A stretch of 63,848 nt of DNA, the filler included, from Pelomyxa schiedti (Eukaryota; Protista; Evosea), in the NCBI GenBank assembly GCA_020536535.1. It is 7 parts of 7 records of this genome, joined end to end, with 100 filler letters (N's around TTAATTAATTAA, not from the genome) between each part and the next. Parts side by side here need not be neighbours in the genome. Positions count along the whole stretch, not along the records: positions 1 to 27,136 come from JAHLWZ010000584.1; positions 27,237 to 48,119 come from JAHLWZ010000619.1; 5 more parts are not named here. One strand, written 5' to 3'. Numbering within the stretch: position 1 is the first letter of the stretch; every line of letters begins with the position of its first letter. Positions 23,640 through 36,297 of the stretch are shown here, piece after piece. The notes under the pieces were generated by a model. That model worked only from the letters and a program-made list of their open reading frames with translations. It was not told where the DNA came from and searched no databases. A program made the position numbers and the translations under genes.

Positions 23640-25024
23640 GCCTTGTTGACTTGTACCGTTTTGGGTTTCTGAAATAATTTTGTGAACATTTTTGATAGTA
23701 AGGTGTGATGTGGTGGGTAGGAATACAATACATACGGGCCGCGGTGCATTTCTGAAGGGGAAAGTTGTCCAAAACCCCTACCACCCATGAAAAAGCCTTC
23801 AAGAGATGGATGAACTTGCTGAGGCCGGGAAGGTTCATCACACTGTAGGATTCCGGCGTCAATTTCTTGTCTGACAAACTCATGGGCAGTCTTCAGTCTG
23901 AAGAAGGGATATGAGTGTTGCAATGCGACGCGATTTTTCTCGCACTTACTGGGATTGAAAACATTCAGTGCGAATTAGAACTTGGGATGCGGTACTTTGA
24001 ATCATATTTGTCCTTTCATCAATGGTTGCAAGTAGTTTATCAGAGGCATCAACCCTTGGGGTTGATGAGAGTAAGTATAGAGTGTGGTTGTTACTTACCA
24101 CTGTGAAAGAGTCGCCCGAATAGCGGATAAATCGAGAATCGATGAACCACTGGTACCTTCGACATCCGATGAAGTAGAGGCAGTAGGAGCGAGGTCCCTG
24201 CCAATGGCATAGTGCACCTCCAAATTCGCGGCGGCTTGATCCATTTTTGCGGCAATAATTCCTTGGTAAATACTGGTCATGACAATATCGGCAAGCTGGC
24301 GGGTGTCAGAAAGACCCAGTGCCTGAAGCAACTCCGCGTAAGGGATAACCTTTCAGGGTAAGAACAACACACAGATTAATACATTAACAAGTGATAGTTA
24401 GGAGTCTGCTCACTCTTCTTTTCTCTGCCAACGAAATTAAAGTAAGCTGTCTCAGTTTGGTCATTTGGTTCTGGGTCAGTGCTCCATAAGTATCATCGGC
24501 TGTTTATATACGCACACCAACAAGTGTGGTTGAGTGAGATTGCAGTGAATCATCAAACAGAGATCATCATCACTAAGGTGCGTTGTTGTGCACTATTACC
24601 TTTGTAATCCTTGAATGTCTTAAACGCAAACAATTTCAGCTTTTCCTGGAGTACGAGCGGTGCCTGTTTGTGCATCAGTTAGCGCAAGGAATGCAGGATT
24701 TGTAAAACACACGGATTTAATCTGAGGAAGAGCAAGCAGCTCGGAGAACACAAATAGATTTGGGTCATCCAGTGCGTCTTCTACAACTTTGGCGATCACA
24801 GCTGTGTGAATGTAAGAAAAACACTCACATACGATCATATCATATGCTAAAGAGTGAAAACACGCGCGGACGGGTGCCGTACCTTGGAAATCGGGGTCGG
24901 AAGGAGACAGTCGAGACACGGCAACGACGAAGTGCGACAGCGATAAATCACCACAACTGCCCCCACTATCCCCCAGCGAGTTGTTGTTGTTGACAGTGCC
25001 ACAACTGCTTATGTTGCTACTCAT
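23640..25024 (-). CDS. CSN7: PCI-domain protein, COP9 signalosome subunit 7-like
   Basis: VVEDALDDPNLFVFSELLALPQIK; KLRQLTLISLA; IPYAELLQAL; IYQGIIAAKMDQ..LEVHYAIGRDL..LSQW. 3' end approximate. Confidence 0.82.
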
Positions 25025-25346
25025 TCCCCAGCGGCTGTACTGTCCGTGTTGTTGGCACAAGGATACTTCCAGATCTACTCTTGAAAAAGATTGAAGAGTG
25101 ATTCTGGCATGACCGCAGGGGAATAATGTGTCCCAGTGAGTGCACACTTGACGACAGCGCTTGGGGAATGAGTAGCAACACTCACTGTTTTCCGATTCAG
25201 ACATATTTCTGAGTGTAAGTTTTTTCAACATCAACGATTCATGATGGCCTCCACGTGTCGCTTCCCCATCCCCCCAAGACCCTTTAAACCGTCAAAATTT
25301 CTCACAAAACTACTACAACAACAACAACAACAAACAACGTCTCTCA

Positions 25347-26364
25347 ATGAGCAGTGCCTCGTCATCATCAACAGCAGCAACCACCACGACCACGTACCTG
25401 AGCACTGGGGACCTCGCGGCCAACTTGGGGCGTGGGTCGTGGGTGGTGCTGGACGTGAGGTGGATCCACGGCGACCCCCTGAAAGGCCGTGCCGACTTCC
25501 TGGAATCACACATCGAGGGAGCAGTGTTCGTGCACCTCGTCGAGGACGCGACTGGTGAGGTCGTACCCGGTGTCACTGGAAGGAACCCCCTCCCATCACT
25601 CGAAAAGGCCAACAAGGTTTGTCCATCACCAAAACTTTATTTATGTCTGTCTGGAATTCATGATAAATGACATTTTATGTATCACCTCATAAATTCCTAA
25701 CTTATTATGTATTACTTGTATGTATTACTTGTATGTATCACTTCATAAATTCCTAACTTCCAACAACAAGGTTTTTTCCAGGGCTGGAATAAACCCGGGA
25801 TCGACCGTGGTTGTTTATGACAGCATGGGAGGGGCATTTGCAGGCAGGGTGTGGTGGATTCTCAAGTGGCTTCAGCACGATGGCCCAGTTTACCTTCTCG
25901 AGGGGGGATTCAAGAAATGGAGCCGGGAAGGCCTCCCAACATCATCAGGCGATGAGCCACCAAAGGCCCTCGGCACGTTCGTGGGCAGGCCATGTGCCGA
26001 AATGTGTGTCGGGGCAGAGGAAGTGATGGCAGCGCTGAAGGAACCAGAATCCTGGAAGCTCATCGACACCCGCCCAGCAGAGAGGTTCACAGGGCAGAGC
26101 GAGCCGGTGGACCCAGTTGCCGGACACATCCCTGGGTTCATCAACGTGCCGTTCCAGCAGAACATCAACACAACCACAGGGATGCCACTCACACGCGAGG
26201 AGCTTCGGGCCAAGTACGAGGCTGTGTTTGGGGGAGTGCCAGTGGACAGGGTGATAATGTCATGTTCAGCTGGGATTGTGGTTGGGCTGTGTGTTCTTTC
26301 TGTTGTGCACTCTGGCCTTGGGATGCCCAAGATGTACCCTGGTTCGTGGAGTGATTGGATCACT
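25347..26364 (+). CDS. Double-domain sulfurtransferase (SseA/MPST/TST family); 3' end runs into a gap
   Basis: Intron 25617-25770. GI..GSTVVVYD, AGRVWWIL, LEGGFKKW, LIDTRPAERFTG.SEP.D..AGHIPG, active-site SCSAGIV, YPGSWSDW. Confidence 0.92.
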
Positions 26365-26464
26365 NNNNNNNNNNNNNNNNNNNNNNNNNNNNNNNNNNNN
26401 NNNNNNNNNNNNNNNNNNNNNNNNNNNNNNNNNNNNNNNNNNNNNNNNNNNNNNNNNNNNNNNN

Positions 26465-27136
26465 CGTCCTTGCATACATACGACCCTGACACCACATAGT
26501 GTGCCAAGTACCAACTTTCCAGCATGGCCGGGTGCTGTAGAAACAGGGAACCCAGGAATTGACGAGTAAGGAATGATTCCACCAGCGGACGTGTCAACTT
26601 CCAGTGCCAAATCCCCAAGGCCTGAACCCAAGATAATTCCCACCTTTCAATGTTAAAATGGGGAAAAAAAACCAAAAGTATAAGATAAATTACTACATTT
26701 TGAAAGCGACTAGCACCAGGGGTGCGATTATTTCAATAATTAAAACGAAACGACGCACGGGGTAGGGTTCGGTGAAGTGGATGGTGGCCTTGATGTGTTC
26801 CGCAGCGCGGATGATATCGGCAGCACTCCTCTGTATCACTTCTTGCATTCTCAACTTGCTTCTTCTTGTTGTGCTTTTTTGATTTTTTCTTTGTTTTCGC
26901 CCGTTCAAAAAGAACAGGAAGTTTATTCTGCGAAGAAAGCTGGAACCGAGACGTTGCTGGTCCTGGAATCTTAGCGTGAGAAGAATCGATCCCATTGAGG
27001 ACACTCTTGTTGGGTACCAGACAGGTTTGTTTCCGATGAGGGTCATTTGATCAAAAACTTTGGTGTGATGAGCAGGGGACCGGTGTCATCAGGGGGTGCT
27101 GGCCCCAAGTTGGCTTCGTCGTCTCCACCTTTTGAA
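26465..27136. repeat. Second, slightly diverged copy of the PNP 5' exons and VPS25 start (duplicate of ~13201-13902)
   Basis: Near-identical sequence with a few SNPs and indels (e.g. DTSAGG vs DTSTGG). Confidence 0.9.
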
Positions 27137-27236
27137 NNNNNNNNNNNNNNNNNNNNNNNNNNNNNNNNNNNNNNNNNNNNTTAATTAATTAANNNNNNNN
27201 NNNNNNNNNNNNNNNNNNNNNNNNNNNNNNNNNNNN
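27137..27236. other. Artificial contig spacer N-TTAATTAATTAA-N (also at 48120-48219, 52448-52547, 55261-55360, 60929-61028, 62744-62843)
   Basis: The same six-frame-stop linker occurs six times within 100-nt N blocks. Confidence 0.97.
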
Positions 27237-30200
27237 CCACCAGCCTGGTGGCGGCGCGGCAGCTATTGCAAGCTCTCCGTGGTGTTGGGATGGCGCAGAG
27301 GGGGACAAGGAGGGCAAGGCCCTGTGCGACATCAAGAAGGACAACCAGCCATCGTCGTGGCTCGCGGCGGACGTCGAGGCCGAGTGCGACCCGTGCAAGG
27401 GGGGCCCCGACTCGTGGCCCTGCTCGCTGCCCGGCGTGTCCCTGGATCTAGTATCTGGCTGCGTCTATAATATGTATGTGCATGCCAACTGGTAACCCCT
27501 GGTGTGCGGAGTATATGTTTGAAAGATTCTAAAGGAAAGGAAGTGATGGGAACTAAAATCAAGTTAAAATAAATGTGTTCAACAACATTTATTTTTTTGT
27601 ATGTTTGGCTGTGATCTAATGTATATATTTTTATCATTAAAGTAAGCAAGTTTGACCTTGGTTCTGTATTAGTTTTTTTGTTAAAGTATTGTTGGTTTTT
27701 GCTGAAGAAGATGGCAGAACCCTGGCAACCAATAGTATGGCTGGATCAATACCGAAATCAATCAACGACCTTGTCTATCTTGGAGTCATGTTGGACTGTT
27801 CTTTACCCAATAAAATACTGCCGCCTATCTCATTTTACTGTGCAGAGATTTCCGTGATAACTCCTTGTCTGGAACTATTCCAGCTACCCTCAACGAGTTA
27901 GAGGCTCTTCAAGTACTGTATGTTGGCCAGAATTCTGTATATCAAATGGGTTAAATATGAATAGAAATTTATCTAAAAATGACTTCACCGGAACGATACC
28001 GTCAACTCTTACCAAGTGCGTAAATATGACAACCATGTAAGTACCAAGATAAAAAAAAGTTATGAGCTCACTCACTTCTAGTGTTTTGAATTCAAATAAA
28101 TTGATTGGCACATTGCCACCTGGTTTACTGCAAATGACCCTCCTTTCACTACTGTCTGCCCCAGCAGCTACGATACATATTTTCTGTTAACCTCCCAATA
28201 GAGATCTTGGAAGTAACACACTGAATGGTACACTGCCCCAGTTTTCGAGTACTTCTTTGTACCACTTGTATGACTGCCACAATATGAGAGTAAGAATTAA
28301 ATAACGAATTCTAGAAATATTGGTGCGAATTCATTTAGTGGTGTCATTTCAGATTCCATTTGTGATTCTTCTTATTTAGAAACTATGTAGGATTTTTTCC
28401 CAATATTCCTTCTAATAATGACCAGAGATTTACATGACAATAACTTCAGTGGCTCCTTGCCACCTGCAATCTCTGAGATGAACTCTCTCAAATCACTGTT
28501 TGTGTTCTTGTATTTTCTTCTTTGCATTTACTCAGTAAATATAAGGAATGCAGGTGACAATTTACTTTCTGGATACCTGGCTACTTTTTTCAGACAAGAA
28601 CTGGAATATTTGTGTGCAAAAGTGTATCCTTAAAAACGTGCTCACTGCCTGAAAGAAGTTTAGAAAATAATTTGTTTGTTGGCACCATACCTGAGTTCTA
28701 TACCAACTCCTCAGTTTTGCGTACTTTGTAAATTCATTCTGCCAACTGCATATTGGCATTAACCAGTTCGACAGGAACCTCGCACACAACCACTTGAATG
28801 GCAGTATTCCGCTGCTAAACTCTTCTTCTTTGATCAGTTTGTAAGCCCCAATTTAATTCCGTTCACATTTCACCCAAAATCAAGGGATTTATCTCAGAAC
28901 TTCCTGGCTGGCGTACTTTCTCTTCATAACCTTGAAAATATCGAATACATGTTAAAGAGCCTCCCAATGCCTACTTTTTTTTTAACCTTGAGTTAGCAAT
29001 TTAAGCCAAAATAATATCACTGGAACACTCCATATTCCTGATTTAGCGCGTTTGACGTATATGTATGGCAAAGACTGGATGAAATTAAATTAAAATGCCT
29101 TAAATTCTCCCAGAAACATGTCATACAACTGGCTTTTTGGAGACACACCGTTTGATACTGCACCCTGTAACGTCACCTGGTATTTCACTTTACCATTTTT
29201 CTTTATCTTATTGAAATCAGTGATCTTTCTTACAATTGCCTACTGTGCAATTCAAGCAAAGAAGTGTGCGGTTGTGCAATGCAACGTTATCCTCCGAGTT
29301 CTTGCACCTGTCTTAATAATGCCAGTTGTTTGATCGATGGTACCTGTTACAGCAACGGCACCTTCAAATCAGGACAAATGTGTGAGCAGGTAAAATCGTT
29401 ACGAGATCCTTACTTCCACTAACGGCATTGGAGGCATGTGTTCCAAGTGCGAACCCTTTTGGCTGGGTTCTTCCTTCAGATGGTTTCCCTTGTGCTGATG
29501 GGATCGCTTGCACTTATGAGGATGGATGTCAAGCAGGGACCTGCCAAGGTTCTCCATACTGTGTTGATGATGGCCTTTTGTGCACAGGTATTGCTGCTTG
29601 TTAATAACAACTCATACATGTAGATGAAACGTGTCTGGAGAACGGTACCTGTGGCACTTCCATATCTCCAGGCTGGTGCGATATTTCCGGTGTTTGTTAC
29701 ACGACAAGCACGCCTAATCCGACGGACTCCTGCCTTATGTGCAACAGTTCCATATCAACCAACAGTTGGGTACCTGTACTCACTTGTGTTGATACAAGCA
29801 ATTACTCAGAGGAAAATGAGTATTTGAAAATATTTGCAATTATAGTACTTGTCGTGGCAATCATAACCATCATTGCCACTGTGGCATGTATAATCTCATG
29901 TCGGCTCTTCAGGTTCAGTGTTGCGTGCGCCCTGTTACTTACACTCTATAGACAATCGACAAGTCTTTCAAGACAACTATGGGCTTCACAAAATCGGGAG
30001 TCTGTACTGAGACTAAGCTATATAGACCAATCTCTGGACCTCTCATCATGCAAGTATGTGAGTGTAATGTCATCAAAATTTTCTCACAAGTAATAAATAA
30101 CAGTGCAGGATTACCGGAGGGCTTTGATTTCCAGGTCAATACCTGTTTTTTTTTTTAGGTTCCTGATTCACCCAACATCAGATCACACCCAAGGGCAATC

Positions 30201-32522
30201 TGTCCTTCCAGCTCAATGGCCACCAGGCACCAGTTGCTGTAGAGCTGACTGATACTATTGTAATGGGAATCAATCCCACTGGAAAATTGAAGAGGCAGCC
30301 GCTGTACTTCAAGCTGCTTACTCCAAGTAGTTGCAAGTACTCCCTGACATTTGAACCTCAGTTTGGTCAGCTTTTACCTGTATGTTTTCTCAGAAGAAGT
30401 CTTGTTGAGATTAAAGAATTTTAAGGGGGAACAAGTAAAAATTCTCGTAACTTTGATGATCTTCTGCACAACCACAGTTGATACCTCTATTTTAGTATCA
30501 TTGGATTCTGGTTTTTTTTCCTTCCAACTGCATTTTCCCCCTCTTACACATATCAACAGAAAAGTCGGTTTCTTCGAGATCAGCAACGCTCCACGCGGAG
30601 GGGATGCAATCAAGAGTATGACCACCTTATCTTTCCTCCCAAGCTTACTATTTCAGGTGCTAGTTCCTGTAAAAGTTTCCTTGAAGTCAATGCTCTCCAC
30701 TTCTATTGACTATGACGAACTTGAGGTACAGAAGAAAATTAAAATCAGAAAGCATCTTATATTGAAAGTTAGGAGCGGAACCAATTGGGGAAGGCACTTA
30801 TGGAATTGTGTATAAAGCAAGCTGGTAAAATAAAATATATAGCTACCTCCCCAAAAAGGACTCATTGTTTTGTTAGGCGGGGCCAAGAAGTTGCAGTTAA
30901 AGTTGTCAAGGTAAATTTTTCCCTTTTGGCCTTTAGTAACGGAGGTAGAATCAAACCGGTTTCTCTACACAAGAATTTCTGGCCAAGGAAATTCGAATTT
31001 TAGAAACCATCAGGTGCCCACAGGTAGTCTCAAGAAAACTAAAAATCGCATCGTTCATGCCTCTAGATTGTCAACTTCATTGGAGCAGTGAAAATACCGG
31101 GAAAACTATCCATTGTCATGGTACTTGAACAACATTTAATTAATAACAACTATTAAGAAATTCGTAGGAGTTCTTTCCTTTAGGAAGTCTGACGACATGC
31201 ATGAAGGTATTGATCAGCACTCTCTTTTAAAAAATGAATTCCATTCCTAGACACATTCATTTTCCTCTACCCTGAAAATTAAGTGCCTACTGGACACTGC
31301 CAGAGGTAATTCCCTTTTTTTTTTTAATTTATCCAATGTGGCACCTGACTTCTGGAGGTATGCGGTTCCTGCACCACTCGGCCATTTTGCACAGAGACCT
31401 GAAATCTGATAACATTCTGGTAAATCTTTTTTTTTTTTTGTTTCTTTGTCTTTTTTGTTTCATTATTATTTATTTTCTCTGGCTCCAACATCATTCAGAT
31501 GTCCTCATTGGATCCGGAAGCTCAAGTGAACTGCAAGATATCTGGTACTATAAATCTCTCACTCCATTCTATCATCTAAACTCAACAAAGATTTCGGTGC
31601 AACAAGGGATGTCAACACATCCAAAGTACCAACTCAATGCTATACAATCGTGAGTATCGCGTCAATTTACAACACCTTACCAATTGTACCTTAGATAGGA
31701 ACTCCAGTCTTTATGTCACCCGTGAGTGTGCTCTCAACCCTACTACTTTAACTTCTCAATAGGAAGTGCTTATGAATGGAAAATATGATGCCAGTGCTGA
31801 TGTATTTAGGTTATTCAGTTTGTTTTTAAAATTCGGTCTTACAATCAACAAAGTTTCAGTATATTATGTTACCAAGTCCTCACGGGAAAAGAACCTTACA
31901 GCGATTTTGGGACCATATTCAGTATGAAATTTTTCATTGGTTGCTGCTCACACACGACTCACTCACTACAGAGATATCACAATTTGTGATTGCCGGAAAT
32001 GTATGTACCAATCCCTTATGTTTTTCTCCTCTCTTACAAGTACAACCAATATATATGTATGCACTTAAACAGAGGCTTCCTCTTACTGGGCTAGTGTCGC
32101 CGCCCTTGGAAAAACTAGTTTCCGGCTGTTGGGCACAAGAACCTCTCTCAAGACCTTGNNNNNNNNNNNNNNNNNNNNNNNNNNNNNNNNNNNNNNNNNN
32201 NNNNNNNNNNNNNNNNNNNNNNNNNNNNNNNNNNNNNNNNNNNNNNNNNNNNNNNNNNAAGTACAACCAATATATATGTATGCACTTAAACAGAGGCTTC
32301 CTCTTACTGGGCTAGTGTCGCCGCCCTTGGAAAAACTAGTTTCCGGCTGTTGGGCACAAGAACCTCTCTCAAGACCTTGCATATTTACCCTCTTCTTTAT
32401 GATATGGTCAGCTATCTTTCTAACAGCCATATTTCCCCACAGCCTTTGATTCTATCTGTGAGACGCTCGAAGAATTGTTGTTAAATAACACTCCGGTGAC
32501 AGTGGCTGAGAGTTTATGTTGA
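27237..32522 (+). CDS. LRR receptor-like transmembrane kinase (TKL group), 5' partial, many exons
   Basis: LRR N-cap (EGKALCDIK..SSW..DPC); ~13-14 LxxNxxxGxIP-type repeats; Cys-rich stalk; TM IFAIIVLVVAIITIIATVACII; kinase IGEGTYGIVY, VAVK, HRDLKSDN, DFG, GTP.FMSPE, GCWAQEP..RP. Confidence 0.88.
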
Positions 32523-32863
32523 GGAACATACTTGGCTGAACAACTGTTGTACAACAAGGAAACTGTAAAAAAAAACGAGGATAAATTTTCCTTTTTTGCC
32601 TTTTCCAATGACGTTTCGGGGTTTAGGATCACCCTCTCATCCCCCATTCAGGCTCGCTCAGTACTAAGCCTGAGTGGACCCACCAAAACCCATTAAAAGT
32701 GTCCACGTGGGATTCTGTTCTCCTTCCCTTTCCACACCAAAGAGGCACTGTAAAAATGGGTAATGTGTGACATGGGGAGTAATAGCACTTTCTCATAATT
32801 AGGAAGAATGCTACTTTGACTTGTTGTCAAAGTAGAATACAGTTCATGTTAGCCAAGTTTCAG

Positions 32864-34311
32864 CTACCCAAGGTCATTGCCCATTACAGCACAGTAAAAG
32901 GGTGGTAGTGGTTGGGTGGTGATTCCAGAGGGAGCAACTGGAAACAGCATGCGCCTGATGCTTGGGCCTGGCTTCACTTCAAAGCCAAGGTCTATAAATG
33001 TGTTGGAGGAATAACTTGCTGCTGTGTCTGGTATAACCACCTGGAAAAGAGGGTTGGGTTTGTGGAATTTAAGTAAGAAGATTTGGCGGATACCTCTGCC
33101 CCAGCCATCAAGGATTTGGGTGCAGCTAAGCACAGTGCTGCAATTAGAAGTCGAAGTGAATGTTCACTGTGAGCAAAGATCGGCCCGATTTGTAGGGAGA
33201 GAGCGCCTTGCTGATAATGTCATACATTAAGGGAAAATTGAAAAAAAGGAAGGTATTGGCACTCACCCGGCATAGAAGTCCCTCTGCACACTGGCCGGAC
33301 TTCAATCTCCATAAGTATTCAATGTAAAAAAAAGTTCATTCAACACACCTCGGTGGCAGCGGGAATAAAGAACCCCAAGGGGAAGATATAATTATCCTTA
33401 ATCAACTGGATTATTGGTTATAATTTTATGTCAAATATTGCTTCCAAAATAAGTTAAGTAATCTTGTGGAATACTGTAGATCTATCTGCACCAAATGCAA
33501 TTTTATCGCTGCAAGCAATAGCGGTCCTTTCATGGGGACCAGCAAGCAGTACTATTGCGTTCGCTTCGTCAAGTTCACTGCCGGTGAAGTGAGAAATGGC
33601 GGTTCTATTGGAAGTTAAGCGGGCAACGATGATGATAAGAGAAAACGCGAAGTTGGCAGCAATGTAAGGGCTGTCCACAATGTTTGGATCAATGTATCCG
33701 ATCCTCTTGTAGATAGGGAAACCCATCGCCGAAGCATCGAGTCCAATCAGTGCTGTGCCCTGTGAAATAAGAATTTCATGTGCTTTTCTTATCAACACCT
33801 CACAAAGTCCTTATTCCAGATAATAGTTTCAGTAATATGGAAATTCTTTTTCAGTAAATATACCTTTGCGCCTATGAGCAGCAGTTACTATAACAAGAGC
33901 TAAGTATCCACACTTCCTATCATCACTGATTGTACCAGCTGTGGTCGCAACCAATGTCCCGGACTTGGTCACTGCCCCAATGCAACACTATCATCCACAA
34001 AACAGAACCAAAAGAAGAAGAAACAAAAAAAAAAAAAAGATGGGTACAACGTGAGAGTGTAGTGCACCAAAATCAAGTCAATCAAGAACTACTACCTGAG
34101 GGTTGGTCTTCAGGAACATCCTCACCTGTCGGTCATGTGCTTTGTTGTTCCACCCAACCTGTCCTGGTTGGTCGGTTCCCAGAGTGGTGTGATGGTGGAG
34201 GTTATAAAATTTGATGTGGGCCAAAATTTCAATTGTGGGTACCTCCTTTAGTAGTGCAACGATTTGTGGGATGTCAGCTTCATTGAACTGTCGTAGATCA
34301 TATTCCTCCAT
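32864..34311 (-). CDS. GNAT-family N-acetyltransferase (two-domain, YitH-like), multi-exon
   Basis: MEEYDLRQFNEADIPQIVALLKEV|GWN; YLALVIV..AHRRKG; GLDASAMGFPIYKRIGY; DKIAFGADRS; C-terminal DLG*. Confidence 0.72.
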
Positions 34312-34692
34312 AACAACACCTAAAACCACAGAAGACAATTCGGCGAAGCAGCTAGCTGCCCAGAGATTGATGGAACTAATTGTGTCACTGCTGTTGTTGC
34401 TAGGATTCTTCCGGTGTGGATACCCACCAGTGACCGAAATCATTCATTAGTTCAACGATCCATTCTGAAAACACCAACTTGGATGAATTTGGGACTCACA
34501 CTTTTTATTTTTTGGGTCTTTGGATCTTGCCATGTGATGCTCCTCAGAGGCTGGAAACACCACGAAACGGTAGAACGTGTCTGGTCCAGGTGTGGTCCAG
34601 AGATTTCAGAATTTTCCGTTCACAAAAGGTACTGAGAAGGTCCAGGACCTTTTCTGCCCCGTTGATACCAAAAAGTGTGAGTCCCAGAATTG

Positions 34693-36057
34693 ATGGACAA
34701 CACAAGCAACACCAACACAAGCCAACGGGGATTGACAAAAAGGCGCAGGACATCAGCATCAACACGGAACCACAGCACCGAGGGAAGGGACCGAGTTTCA
34801 CCAGCCACCACCGTTGCATCCCAGTTCCTGGCCCTTCTGATGCTCTCACACCCGCGTTGTGGCTGTGTAAATTGTGGTAGAAACAACCCACTGCCTACGT
34901 CGTCCTCGTTTCTCGAGAACGTGGCCCTGGCACTGCGGACTGTGTGGGAGTGGATTATGGGATGCTGCGGAAGCAGTGGCACCGGCTTGAAGTTCGTTTG
35001 CGTCTGCACGTCAGATCCTGCACCGTCGTCGTTCACTTTTGCAGTGTCAGTGCACACCCTCGGCGTTGTTCCAAAGCACTCTGGATGGTGGCTCGAAGAA
35101 CAGGCTCATGGGTGCTTTGACATGGTCATTGCGGCCAATCAGAGCCGTGTGATTCACAGAAACTTCACACTTGAATTTGGGGTGGCTTTTACTTGGAAGC
35201 TGAGGGGGGAGTCATCATCACACTTGGCACGCACTGACTGCGATGACATGAATTCCACTCCTCCATCCAAAAATGATGAACTGGCGAGTGAGAGGGGAAC
35301 TGGGCTGATTCACAAGTGTGGTGGATTTTCCTATTTTTGTGCAAATCACAAGTGGTTGGTTGTCCATGATGACATCAAGCGCGAGTTATGTGTCTCAAAC
35401 CTGCTGATGGAACCAATCAAATCTGTTCAATTTCCAACTGGAACGAATCGAGACGTTTTCATGAATCAGTGCAATGAAGATGAAGCTGTTCTGGCCCAAA
35501 ATGTGGGAGACACCACTCTTGAGTTGAGTGTTGTCAACCTGAGTGAGGTGTGGTCAACGGGTGCCATCACGCCAGTGTTCTGCACCGAGTACTTCCTCCC
35601 CTTTGAATATCAAACCCAGTTCTTCTTGGTGGACCGTGTTCTCATTCTGCAGACAGAGTCTGGTGGGCGCGCATTTGTTGTTCGCAGCAACTCATGGTCC
35701 CGCGCCATGATTCTTAAGTTCCCAGATGCATCTTGCCCAGACAAGGTTCACATGGTCATGTACAACAACGAGAGGTCCATACTGTCACAGATGAGTGAGA
35801 GGTTGTACTGCCTAACACGCTCACCCAACACGATGGAGATATGGGACTGCAACAACCCCACGAATCCAATGAGGGTTGTTGATCACAACTTCTGCTGCAG
35901 GCTGGTGTGTGCGCACTCTGGGTTCCTCTTCCACATTGGCAGGAGACGCATCATTGTCACTGACTACAACTCGGGTTTCAAGGTTGCTGTTCTGACGATC
36001 TCGGAGATGTGTGGCCAACAAAAGAGAATCACTAACAGCTTCTCATTCCAGTTGTAA
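34693..36057 (+). CDS. Lineage-expanded intronless protein, copy A (N-terminal QFLAL..HPRCG module + beta-rich domain)
   Basis: Single-exon ORF of ~455 aa with two close paralogs nearby; beta-strand-rich C-terminus (ANHKWLV, MEIWDCN). Confidence 0.8.
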   Translation: MDNTSNTNTSQRGLTKRRRTSASTRNHSTEGRDRVSPATTVASQFLALLMLSHPRCGCVNCGRNNPLPTSSSFLENVALALRTVWEWIMGCCGSSGTGLKFVCVCTSDPAPSSFTFAVSVHTLGVVPKHSGWWLEEQAHGCFDMVIAANQSRVIHRNFTLEFGVAFTWKLRGESSSHLARTDCDDMNSTPPSKNDELASERGTGLIHKCGGFSYFCANHKWLVVHDDIKRELCVSNLLMEPIKSVQFPTGTNRDVFMNQCNEDEAVLAQNVGDTTLELSVVNLSEVWSTGAITPVFCTEYFLPFEYQTQFFLVDRVLILQTESGGRAFVVRSNSWSRAMILKFPDASCPDKVHMVMYNNERSILSQMSERLYCLTRSPNTMEIWDCNNPTNPMRVVDHNFCCRLVCAHSGFLFHIGRRRIIVTDYNSGFKVAVLTISEMCGQQKRITNSFSFQL

Positions 36058-36059
36058 CT

Positions 36060-36297
36060 GAAAGGAGGAAAGAATTTTTTTGGTCAAGGAAAATGACACC
36101 AGCAACAAAAACCCAGAACCCACAATGGTGGCGATGATCACACCAACCAGCCTTGGTGTCTTTGGAGAGGGCACAACGGATCCGCTGCTGTGCGCTCCTG
36201 GACGCACGGTCGCAGATCCGGGTTGGCTTCGAAGCCACGCTGTTGTCCAATTCTCAGTCAAGATTACCTTGGAATCAGTCACCCATTAGTGTGTCTC
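36060..36297 (-). pseudogene. Remnant homologous to the 5' region of the 41164-42648 gene
   Basis: Shares caccaaccagccttggtgtcttt and ttctcagtcaagattaccttggaatcagtcaccca with 42598-42771. Confidence 0.6.

Noticed and set aside
25890-26675. Apparent PNP/rhodanese overlapping or fused ORFs
   Set aside because: Created by translating through the N gap.
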